Below, one piece after another: positions 38,425 through 46,358 of a stretch of DNA of 64,000 nucleotides. The stretch is from an uncultured virus (IMG/VR IMGVR_UViG_3300027896_000025) (taxonomy: Duplodnaviria; Heunggongvirae; Uroviricota; Caudoviricetes): the IMG/VR virus record IMGVR_UViG_3300027896_000025. One strand, written 5' to 3'. A program made the position numbers and the translations under genes. Every line of letters starts with the position of its first letter. The first letter of the stretch is position 1. The notes under the pieces are model-generated. The model made no database searches and was not told the origin of the DNA. It saw only the letters and a list, made by a program, of their open reading frames with translations.

Positions 38425-38846
38425 AGTTCGTCCTGTTGGAGTTCGATGTTTAGTTTATTGATTAAATCGGATGTGTATTGTTCGTTGAGTTTTTGAAACA
38501 ACATTTCGGGAAGGTACTCAGGTTTCAGAGCTTCGTTTAACCGTTTGTGGAGGATAACGGAAAATGTGTCAGCAGGGGCGTACTGCTGCCAACCACCCGT
38601 AGTCAAGTATCCTTGTGGAAGAGTAAAAGTTGATCCAGATTGATACTGTTGGTAGTACTGACCGTTATAAAATCCTTGAGTTGGAGTAGTGTACGTGACA
38701 TTTCCAGATATGTTTGTCGATGCACCAGCTGAGGTTAACGAAGTACCCGAGGTTGTTGTTCCTGAAATACTAGTACTTTGACCGGCGGCGGATTGGTCGG
38801 TTAAAATACCTGAAGCTGAACCCAAGATACCAGAAAGAAAGTTCAT
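38421..38846 (-). CDS. S/T/G-rich hypothetical protein
   Basis: Preceded by a sigma70-like promoter; coupled to the FkbM gene. Confidence 0.6.
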   Translation of the reverse strand: MNFLSGILGSASGILTDQSAAGQSTSISGTTTSGTSLTSAGASTNISGNVTYTTPTQGFYNGQYYQQYQSGSTFTLPQGYLTTGGWQQYAPADTFSVILHKRLNEALKPEYLPEMLFQKLNEQYTSDLINKLNIELQQDEL

Positions 38847-38852
38847 ACGGTA

Positions 38853-38881
38853 ATCATCTCATGATTTTGGGGAAAAGTCAA
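38853..38881 (-). promoter_or_regulatory. sigma70-type promoter (extended -10), leaderless geometry
   Basis: TTGACT-17-GATGAT preceded by TG; ATG 6 nt after the -10. Confidence 0.6.
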
Positions 38882-39879
38882 TAAAATTCTTTTAATAGAT
38901 CCTTGAAGTACTTAGATTCCATTAATGACTTAACTTGCTCGTCCGATAAACCCATTTCTTTCTGCATCTCAGCTAATTCGGCCATAAGAACGCCCTTAGC
39001 GTTCATTGAAATAACGTCACATACTAAACGAAGTTCAATTTCAGCATTAGGACTGTCTTTAGCAAAACGATAACCCTTATACACGCTTTCATCTTTAATA
39101 GCCGTACTAATTCTTGTCGGCTGGAAACCGTCAATTTTAGCATCTTTAGCTGAAGCGTACCGTTTAATTTCTCGAGTATTAATATTAATACAGATAATTG
39201 GTTGAGCTGCCATTTGTTTCCTTCTTTCTGAGGTTAGTTTAGAGTTCATTTGTTCACATTTTTGACGACCTAGTTCAGCAAGTTCAGAATCTGTTAACTT
39301 TCGTTGATATTTCTTATAATTTCGACGCTGTTTAGTATCACATTCCTTGCATTTATACTGTAATCCGTCCCACATACAACGATTTTTAGAAAAATATTGT
39401 AATTCAAGCCAAGATGTACAAATTCGACATTGTTTTAATTCTTTTTCATTATCATACATATGGAGTCTTTTCTTAGCCGGAATAACTCCATATTGTTTTC
39501 GAACTTCATCGTAATGTTCTGTTCGTTTTTTAGACATTTTTTGTTTAGTAGAATCTTTGTTCTTTCGTCCTAAACTTCCTTTACCACCATTATCAGAATT
39601 AGTAAGATTACAACCCATACTTTTATGAAATTCAATGCTTTTTTGTTCAGCAACGTCAAGTTCATCGGCTGAACTGTATTCTTGTAGTACTAAGATCTCA
39701 GGTTTAGTACCTTTATCAATAAGAGATTTAATCCAATGAACTTTATGAGTGTCATACTTCAATTCACTAGGTTTACTGTGATCTCGAGGACGTTTGAGTC
39801 CAGAACAAGACTTTCCAATGTACCGAATCTCCTTTGTGAAGGGATCAACTAGGGCGTAGATGAGATATTTACTGTTCAT
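38878..39879 (-). CDS. GIY-YIG homing endonuclease with NUMOD-like and Zn-finger domains
   Basis: LIYALVDP...IRYIGKS...R..H; LTN...GG.G; KQKMS; CRIC...CKEC; C-terminal YASAKDA...YKGYRF. Confidence 0.88.
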   Translation of the reverse strand: MNSKYLIYALVDPFTKEIRYIGKSCSGLKRPRDHSKPSELKYDTHKVHWIKSLIDKGTKPEILVLQEYSSADELDVAEQKSIEFHKSMGCNLTNSDNGGKGSLGRKNKDSTKQKMSKKRTEHYDEVRKQYGVIPAKKRLHMYDNEKELKQCRICTSWLELQYFSKNRCMWDGLQYKCKECDTKQRRNYKKYQRKLTDSELAELGRQKCEQMNSKLTSERRKQMAAQPIICININTREIKRYASAKDAKIDGFQPTRISTAIKDESVYKGYRFAKDSPNAEIELRLVCDVISMNAKGVLMAELAEMQKEMGLSDEQVKSLMESKYFKDLLKEFY

Positions 39880-39885
39880 AATTAT

Positions 39886-39914
39886 ATCCTATCATATTTA
39901 AGTTGTTAAGTCAA
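39886..39914 (-). promoter_or_regulatory. Composite promoter: sigma70 TTGACT-17-TAGGAT with the late motif AACAACTTAA inside the spacer
   Basis: Motif at 39898-39907 nested between the -35 and -10. Confidence 0.62.
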
Positions 39915-39935
39915 GTAAATAATTCTCAATTAGAT

Positions 39936-39975
39936 AAAAAAAAATGGCCCCGCTCCAGTTAAGGAACGAGGCCAT
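39936..39975 (-). terminator. Rho-independent terminator after the major capsid gene
   Basis: AUGGCCUCGUUCC/GGAGCGGGGCCAU stem followed by a long U-tract. Confidence 0.85.
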
Positions 39976-40026
39976 CTAAACTTTAGACACCTTTTAGTGA
40001 TGTCTATTCAATTTACAGAAAACAGC

Positions 40027-41244
40027 TTAACTTAGCGTAATGCCAGAGATAAGCACGTTATGACCGGGGTATGGAGTGAACAAAGCTTGGTCAGTCCACA
40101 ACCTCATCTCATATGCCGCGCTATTCTCAACATCGCGGAAGAATTCGCCTTCTGCCGCAGGACGTTTGAACGTCACATCGCTTGAGCCGATACGCACGAA
40201 CTCTTTGATCTCGGTCAAGTAGGCATAGCCTTCTTTAACGTGGATCGAGGGCTCGATCGTGATCAAACCGTTCATGGCGTGGAATTTCAACTGTGAAAAA
40301 CCATTTTCGCCATCTTGCGGCTTGTACGAGGTATCATAGTGACGAAGGGCCGCTTCATCGCTAACAAGCACGCCGAAGACCTTGGGATTGACGAGACAAA
40401 TCACGTCAGATTCCAAGCCCTTTTCAACGGCTTGCGCCACAGCTAGTTCCACTTTCTCAAGTGAAAGCACGCCAGCGGCGGGATACACGTTACCAGTCCA
40501 CAGCGAGAACTGTGAAGCGTCGATGTTAAACAGCACGCCAGTGTTACTGATGATCTTGTGGATACCAGCAAACTCGTTGCCATAAGCACCTTTGAACCAA
40601 ATCACATCAGTTGGAGCAGTCAAAGCAGGAACTGCATCAAGAGACAGAATCCTGGTTGCCATATCAACATCAGTGATATTTGCGCCGCCGCGAAGTGCGC
40701 CAGCTGAAGTTCGGATTTCGATTGGCATGTTCTCTGCACCTGCCCAAATCCCAGGAGCCCATTCAGCTTCTAGAACTGTGACACTCGAACCGCCTACTGC
40801 AGAAACGACACCAAGGCCGCTTCCACCGTAGATCAACTCGATCTCAAGGCGTTTGTGCATTGATCGAAGCATGTTAGCAACCAAGAACTTGGTTGCGTCT
40901 TCGAACGCTTTTGTTCCGCCGCCAGCAGCGCGTGACGCTGAGGTGTAGCCGAGCAATGAACGCATGACTTTCGGATTGCCTTTAACTTCTGCGTTTCGGA
41001 TCTGACCAGCAACCGGGGGGTTGAGGTTAAACGCATCGTCATCAGCACCACCATAAGTAATTCCGTGTTCTTGTCCAAGAATCACGGGCTGATTGTACTT
41101 ATTACCAATCATTTTTTCTCTACTCGAGAACGAAACCATTTTATACAGCTTTACGCCATCTGGAATCAACTGCTCCAGCTTATCGGCATAAACTTGCTTA
41201 AAAAGGCCGTTCAAGGTAGCAAGGGTATTTGCATTTGCACTCAT
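40027..41244 (-). CDS. Major capsid protein
   Basis: 405 aa, downstream of portal and scaffold, followed by a strong terminator; LNGLFKQVY N-terminus. Confidence 0.8.
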   Translation of the reverse strand: MSANANTLATLNGLFKQVYADKLEQLIPDGVKLYKMVSFSSREKMIGNKYNQPVILGQEHGITYGGADDDAFNLNPPVAGQIRNAEVKGNPKVMRSLLGYTSASRAAGGGTKAFEDATKFLVANMLRSMHKRLEIELIYGGSGLGVVSAVGGSSVTVLEAEWAPGIWAGAENMPIEIRTSAGALRGGANITDVDMATRILSLDAVPALTAPTDVIWFKGAYGNEFAGIHKIISNTGVLFNIDASQFSLWTGNVYPAAGVLSLEKVELAVAQAVEKGLESDVICLVNPKVFGVLVSDEAALRHYDTSYKPQDGENGFSQLKFHAMNGLITIEPSIHVKEGYAYLTEIKEFVRIGSSDVTFKRPAAEGEFFRDVENSAAYEMRLWTDQALFTPYPGHNVLISGITLS

Positions 41245-41266
41245 TTGAGTACTCCTTAGTTAATAG

Positions 41267-41752
41267 TTATAACCCAGTTCCCTGTCCAGGAATCTCTTGG
41301 TCAATTTGACACTCTAACGTGACTCTGAGAGTCACTGTTTGAGATGCGAAATCTGCCGTAGATCCTGCGACTGTGAACGCCAGGTTCTTTTTGGTCGTCA
41401 ACCCACTTGTGCTGTCTCCAGCCTTTGTTACAGTTAACGTTCCAGCAACTGAAGTCACTTCAGCAACGCTGAGTGAAAACAGTTTATCAATCTCCCCGCC
41501 GAGGGCTTTTGGGCCATCAACGAGAACGCCGAGAACTGCAGGGGGGCTATCCTGGATGCCAACGAAATTACAATCGCTGTCATCAGCAGTACAGTCATCA
41601 TGACCCGCAGTCTGCAAGAAAATTGCACCCGGAGCATCGCTTGAATGTCTGACTGCCGATGAAGGGCTTTCACCCTGAACCGTCACATCAAAAATCACTC
41701 GACGCTGACGAAGCAACATATCTTGACCGGCTGAAGTTGTCGGTAAAAACAT
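41267..41752 (-). CDS. Putative capsid decoration/cement protein
   Basis: Beta-rich; co-transcribed with the MCP; strong SD. Confidence 0.5.
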   Translation of the reverse strand: MFLPTTSAGQDMLLRQRRVIFDVTVQGESPSSAVRHSSDAPGAIFLQTAGHDDCTADDSDCNFVGIQDSPPAVLGVLVDGPKALGGEIDKLFSLSVAEVTSVAGTLTVTKAGDSTSGLTTKKNLAFTVAGSTADFASQTVTLRVTLECQIDQEIPGQGTGL

Positions 41753-41915
41753 ATTATCTCCTTAAGATAATGTTAATGATTTGTAACACTACGTCACAAA
41801 TCGGTTTGTGTTTCTTGGATTGCGTTCATCATTCAGCCCTGGAGGATCTTTCTGGCAAATGCTTGAGAAAGATTTCCATTTGTGAAGACCAAACGTTCAC
41901 ATAGAACTTCTAGTA
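41753..41915 (-). ncRNA. Structured 5' leader of the capsid operon
   Basis: Hairpins at 41846-41873 and 41778-41802, and one at 41753-41771 containing the SD. Confidence 0.5.
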
Positions 41916-41925
41916 TTAAGTTGTT
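41916..41925 (-). promoter_or_regulatory. Late-promoter motif AACAACTTAA
   Basis: Heads the capsid operon leader. Confidence 0.72.
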
Positions 41926-41943
41926 AATTGGTTACTAAAACAA

Positions 41944-42942
41944 TTAACCTCGAAGCAAATCGTTCAATCTTAACGTCTTTTTTACAGGCTTTTTCTCAGC
42001 ATCCGCTTTAATTTCTGCATCTTTACCTGTTTGTTTGATAGAACTTGCTGATTCTGCTGCCTTTTTAATCGCAGCAACTTGCTTCTTTCGCATTCCGCTC
42101 AATCGTTCTTTACCTAGTAAATTCTCAATTGCCTCATCTGGCAATGCTGAGATGTACTCGTCCATATCAGCTTTCAGCTCAGCTTTAAGAATCGGAATTG
42201 CATCCTGGGGCGTAATATCAATACCGTTATCCAAAGCGGTAAGCATAATCTCAGCTAATCGCTTGACAACGATAGGTTTCTGTTGTAGTCCAGAAGTATC
42301 CAAAGCTCCAATAATGCCGTCTTCGATTTTACGTTCTTGTTCCTGCTGAAGTCTGCTACGTTCATTCTGTTGGCGATTCTCTTCAGCTTGTTTTTGAGCA
42401 GCTCTAAGTTCTTCTAGTTCTTTTTGAAGCTTTTCTTTTTCTCGAAGCTCAGGAGATTTCTGTTCCTCTTCGATTTTCTTCTGTAGTACTTTAACAGCGA
42501 AGTCTTCAACATTCATTCCAAGCTGGCTGAGAGCTTTCTCAGGATCAGCATTCATCATCTGGAAGAATGCACCAAGTTGCTTCTGAAGTTCAGCAGTTTC
42601 CTGCATTCTCTTCTGGGCAACTTTTGACATTTGAACGTGACGGGCAAGACCTTCCTCGTCATCAAGATTCAACTCTTCCTCAACATCTTTTCCATCGATC
42701 TTAAGCTTCAACTTTTTGATGTTAGCTTTTTTAGCAGCTTCAGTCTTTGGAGTTGATTTCTCTTTCTTGGAATCTTTAGATTCTTTAGTATCTGCTTTAG
42801 CTTCAGTTGAATCCTTGGATTCAGAAGTCTCTGCAGTTTCAGAAGTCTCTTGACTTTCAGCAACTGGTATGGTACTCTCTGTAGTAGGATTGGGGGTAGA
42901 TTCTGGGGCAGCAGCTGGAGCTGCTGTAGTGGTATCTGACAT
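41944..42942 (-). CDS. Capsid scaffolding protein
   Basis: Acidic disordered N-terminus, LKLKIDGKDVE, long coiled coil; upstream of the MCP. Confidence 0.78.
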   Translation of the reverse strand: MSDTTTAAPAAAPESTPNPTTESTIPVAESQETSETAETSESKDSTEAKADTKESKDSKKEKSTPKTEAAKKANIKKLKLKIDGKDVEEELNLDDEEGLARHVQMSKVAQKRMQETAELQKQLGAFFQMMNADPEKALSQLGMNVEDFAVKVLQKKIEEEQKSPELREKEKLQKELEELRAAQKQAEENRQQNERSRLQQEQERKIEDGIIGALDTSGLQQKPIVVKRLAEIMLTALDNGIDITPQDAIPILKAELKADMDEYISALPDEAIENLLGKERLSGMRKKQVAAIKKAAESASSIKQTGKDAEIKADAEKKPVKKTLRLNDLLRG

Positions 42943-43010
42943 ATGTTCTCCTTTGCGTCTGTTACGATAGCAAAAAATTAAGCCATCCGAAATTGGGTAG
43001 GCTTCAATAC

Positions 43011-43020
43011 TAAAGTTGTT
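43011..43020 (-). promoter_or_regulatory. Late-promoter motif AACAACTTTA
   Basis: Upstream of the scaffold gene. Confidence 0.68.
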
Positions 43021-43023
43021 TAA

Positions 43024-43155
43024 TTACTTAGACAACAATTTCTTAAGAGGAATTTGTTTACCATCACCAGGAAGTTTTGGAAGCATCTTTGATGTATCTG
43101 TTTTCTTGGAAGGGGGTTGTACTTGGGGCATTGGCTTTTTTTCTGGCTTGTTCAT
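43024..43155 (-). CDS. Small basic Pro-rich late protein (43 aa; not in ORF track)
   Basis: MNKPEKK...IPLKKLLSK. Confidence 0.55.
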   Translation of the reverse strand: MNKPEKKPMPQVQPPSKKTDTSKMLPKLPGDGKQIPLKKLLSK

Positions 43156-43156
43156 A

Positions 43157-43441
43157 TTAAAATCCACCTAATCTTTTTCGGAGTTTTGGAAATCGTGAAG
43201 GACCCGGGAGAGTCGGTCCTGTTAATACTGAGGACGCAGGAGCAAGTTTTGGTAATTGTGGCATATGAGTTGCTTGATTTTGACCAGGCATTGGTTTGTA
43301 ACCTGCCATCTTTATACTTGGCTCACTAGGAAAAGGCTGATTCATATGCATTGTTTCAGTATGAGCTGAAGATTTATCAAGACCGCGTTGCTTGTCTCTC
43401 TCATCTAACATTTTAGCTAACTGTTGTTTTGAAAGTGCCAT
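43157..43441 (-). CDS. Small disordered late protein
   Basis: Ends SRFPKLRKRLGGF. Confidence 0.65.
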   Translation of the reverse strand: MALSKQQLAKMLDERDKQRGLDKSSAHTETMHMNQPFPSEPSIKMAGYKPMPGQNQATHMPQLPKLAPASSVLTGPTLPGPSRFPKLRKRLGGF

Positions 43442-43445
43442 GTTA

Positions 43446-43748
43446 CTATTGTCCTTGATTTATCATTTTTTGCATGACTCGTTTAAACATTTCTGAACGT
43501 TGATCAGGAGTCATCTGTTCATACGTCAGCGGAGGTTGATTTGGATTACTTTCTGCTTGACTTCTTGTAACAGCAGCATCGGCAGCTGCCATTGCTGACG
43601 GATCAATTTGTGGAGAATTCAGAATTGGATGTAACTGTTGAGTACCCTGAGCTGCTCGTTCTGCGGCTAATCTTTTAGCCAATGCTTGGATTGTTAAATC
43701 ACTAGCTTGTGCTCCTTGGGAAAAATCAGAATAATCTCGGCTAGACAT
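43446..43748 (-). CDS. Small late protein
   Basis: GAGG SD directly after a late motif. Confidence 0.65.
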   Translation of the reverse strand: MSSRDYSDFSQGAQASDLTIQALAKRLAAERAAQGTQQLHPILNSPQIDPSAMAAADAAVTRSQAESNPNQPPLTYEQMTPDQRSEMFKRVMQKMINQGQ

Positions 43749-43762
43749 ACTACCTCTAATAT

Positions 43763-43772
43763 TTAAGTTGTT
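43763..43772 (-). promoter_or_regulatory. Late-promoter motif AACAACTTAA
   Basis: Directly before the SD of 43748. Confidence 0.7.
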
Positions 43773-43924
43773 TACTTGAACTTAAGAACTGTCAAAAGAA
43801 CTAACAGTAATGAAATATTACAACATACACTGATTAGTAACCAACACTTTAATCCTCTGTACTGTGACCGAAGATGAAGTTTATTACCCGTTGCGTTTTT
43901 TGGATGAAAAGATAAAGTTCCCAT
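43772..43924 (-). CDS. Small protein with C-terminal TM (50 aa; not in ORF track)
   Basis: MGTLSFHP...WLLISVCCNISLLLVLLTVLKFK. Confidence 0.5.
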   Translation of the reverse strand: MGTLSFHPKNATGNKLHLRSQYRGLKCWLLISVCCNISLLLVLLTVLKFK

Positions 43925-43932
43925 AACTAAAT

Positions 43933-45657
43933 TTACGGTATTGCTACTCCGCCATTCAGTGTTTTAAGTAAAGTTGACATTCTATCAATAGCTTGTTGAG
44001 ATGTTGTTGGAGCTGTTCCTGCCCAGTTACTTGGAGTTCCTGCCGAATATCCTATACCTTTAGAATCATTAAGGTATGCAATAGTTGGAGTGTTAGTAAC
44101 CCAGGAACTGGAAGTATTTAAAAATGAAGTTAATGTTACTCCATCCATACGAACAGTTTGTCCAGCAGATAGCACAGTGAATGGAACCGCTGAATTAAAT
44201 CGACAGTCCATAAATCCCATATCATCAGTAGAATACGTAAATGTATTAACTGAGAATGTTCCAGAGAATGAACAATTATTCATACCAGCAATCGAGCTTA
44301 CTGCATTATTTCCGGCTATTGTTGTGTCTTCAAATCGTTGACATGTAATACCAGCTCCAGTTATTCCAGTAAAGAATCTAGAGTTAATCGAATACAACAC
44401 CTCACCACCGGCAGTAATAGCTCCACTATTAACTACCCCATCATCACATGTGTATGCGCCTTGCATGTACGTATCGATAAATCCGGCATCATGTGTTAAT
44501 CCCGATGCTCCAGCAGAATCAGATTCAAAAAATGCTCCAGAAGTTTCAATTCCAGTATTAGCGTTAGTGCCAGATACCCTAGTAGCAATAAAAGTAGTAC
44601 TGTTTATTTTGGATGTAATATCATATTTTTCGTTGTAATTAGTAGTTCCTGTTATAGATATACGGATATATGGTTCAGCTGGATATGTCGTGGGTATTGT
44701 AATTGGATACGTAAATTGTCCTGGAGCAACATGAACGGTGATATGATTAACACCATCTCCCTGAATTGAATCTAACGTTCGCCTCAAGATTGATGTTCGA
44801 CAAGTTCCTCCAACATGGAATCCTAGCCGTAATCTTGGATGAGAATCTCTAGTATTTTCTACACCATCAAATGTAAGAGTTGCACGAAATTCTGACGATG
44901 TCGCTCCAAATCTTCTAGAAGAGGAGTATTCTTTTAGAATATTACCAACTCCAGTAGTAACTCCAGCACTTCCAATTTTAACTCCAGCCCCATACATTGT
45001 AATCCATCTAGTAGGAACAGTTAAATTTTCTTCATAACATCCTGTAAATGTTTGGGGTGAAAATCCTGAAATACTTGATGCAGTATCAGAAATAAAAATA
45101 CCAATATGTCGCATTGCGTCTGCTCTGGTGATAGGTTGTCCTAAATAATTCAAACACGCTTGGATAGTTTTAAATGGTTTAGTCATTGTTCCATTAGCAG
45201 TAGTGTCATTTCCCTGATCACCATCAACATAGAATTTATCTGTTTCAGAAATTGATGAAACTGCTACCCAAGATCCATTAGCATTAAGAAATTTATTAGC
45301 ATTAGCATCTCCAGCTGCTGGAGCGGGAACTAGTCCTTTTATTCCACCACTTCCAGAATCTCCAACTACAGGATTTAACATTGCGGTAGCTTGAGTTACT
45401 GTTAGATCCTCTGGACTATCAGTGCTTCCTGTATTGTTGCCTTTAATAGTATTTGCTGGCATTGGTGCCAGTTTTCCATTCGTAACATGACCAAGCACAG
45501 TAATCCAAGAATTTGATTCAGAATCGTATGCATACAAGGTGTCTGTGTCCTGAGCAATAACTAAATCGTTGTTATTAGCTGAACTTGGAAAATTTAATAC
45601 ACTTGGATAACTAGGAACTCCAAATGGATACGAAATTTGATTAAATTGTGAAGACAT
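43933..45657 (-). CDS. Tailspike/fibre protein with probable beta-helix
   Basis: KGNNT module, GLVPAP, FYVDG..GND...GT..KPFKTIQA (pectate-lyase-like start). Confidence 0.72.
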   Translation of the reverse strand: MSSQFNQISYPFGVPSYPSVLNFPSSANNNDLVIAQDTDTLYAYDSESNSWITVLGHVTNGKLAPMPANTIKGNNTGSTDSPEDLTVTQATAMLNPVVGDSGSGGIKGLVPAPAAGDANANKFLNANGSWVAVSSISETDKFYVDGDQGNDTTANGTMTKPFKTIQACLNYLGQPITRADAMRHIGIFISDTASSISGFSPQTFTGCYEENLTVPTRWITMYGAGVKIGSAGVTTGVGNILKEYSSSRRFGATSSEFRATLTFDGVENTRDSHPRLRLGFHVGGTCRTSILRRTLDSIQGDGVNHITVHVAPGQFTYPITIPTTYPAEPYIRISITGTTNYNEKYDITSKINSTTFIATRVSGTNANTGIETSGAFFESDSAGASGLTHDAGFIDTYMQGAYTCDDGVVNSGAITAGGEVLYSINSRFFTGITGAGITCQRFEDTTIAGNNAVSSIAGMNNCSFSGTFSVNTFTYSTDDMGFMDCRFNSAVPFTVLSAGQTVRMDGVTLTSFLNTSSSWVTNTPTIAYLNDSKGIGYSAGTPSNWAGTAPTTSQQAIDRMSTLLKTLNGGVAIP

Positions 45658-45696
45658 AACTACCTTTCCGACTTTTACTAATACTTTTTCTAGATA

Positions 45697-46251
45697 TTAC
45701 CATTTAATCTCTCGAATACAGTTAATACAATCAGCTGTATCGATATTATTGAATATTTCCCATTTTTTCTGATACTGGGATAATCCAAATGAAATCATAT
45801 CTAATATAAGTTGTTTTAATTGATCTTCGGTAACTTCATGAATAACTCCATCAGAATCCGCTATTGACGTTGATTGCTGGGAATTGCTTTGCATAAAAAG
45901 TAATAAATTTTCAAAATTTAGTAAATCACTTCTTTTTGAATCAACTGTAAATCCTAAAGAAACAGCTACACCATTGGAACATTCATCATTAAATGCCTGA
46001 TCAATTTCTTGTTTCTTTTTGTCTTTTTCGTCTTGAAATTGTTTAGCTGTAGTAGTATAAGGTTCAAATACATAAACTGCAGAATTATCGACAATACTTC
46101 GAGATTTAATTCGATTCATCAATGGATCAAAAGTATGAAAATTAGAACACGGAATCATCTGGTAATTTGAAATTTGAGGATCTGTTGGTTCTAGCAACTG
46201 TGGAGATCCCACGATCTTTCCATTAAATGTTTTAACGTAGTATTGCTTCAT
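45697..46251 (-). CDS. Tail-fibre-associated protein (DUF4376-like); start likely ATG 46251
   Basis: AAGGA SD before MKQYYV; K..KK.EI...DS....N...YQKKW pattern. Confidence 0.65.
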   Translation of the reverse strand: MKQYYVKTFNGKIVGSPQLLEPTDPQISNYQMIPCSNFHTFDPLMNRIKSRSIVDNSAVYVFEPYTTTAKQFQDEKDKKKQEIDQAFNDECSNGVAVSLGFTVDSKRSDLLNFENLLLFMQSNSQQSTSIADSDGVIHEVTEDQLKQLILDMISFGLSQYQKKWEIFNNIDTADCINCIREIKW

Positions 46252-46279
46252 AGTTTTCCTTAGTCTTTGAGCAAAGTAA

Positions 46280-46358
46280 AAAATAACAGACAACCGGGGT
46301 TGCCCTAAACAGCGGCCCGTGGGTCGCCTAAATCGCTGCTCGAGGACGGCGAACTTTA
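46280..46358 (-). other. GC-rich triple-hairpin element with U-tract (terminator or structured RNA)
   Basis: Three adjacent stems starting at the stop codon of the 643-aa fibre gene. Confidence 0.5.

Noticed and set aside
46280..46358. HDV-like (theta) ribozyme, suggested by TCCTCG
   Set aside because: I could not build the nested P1/P2/P3/P1.1 double pseudoknot; simple tandem hairpins explain the sequence.
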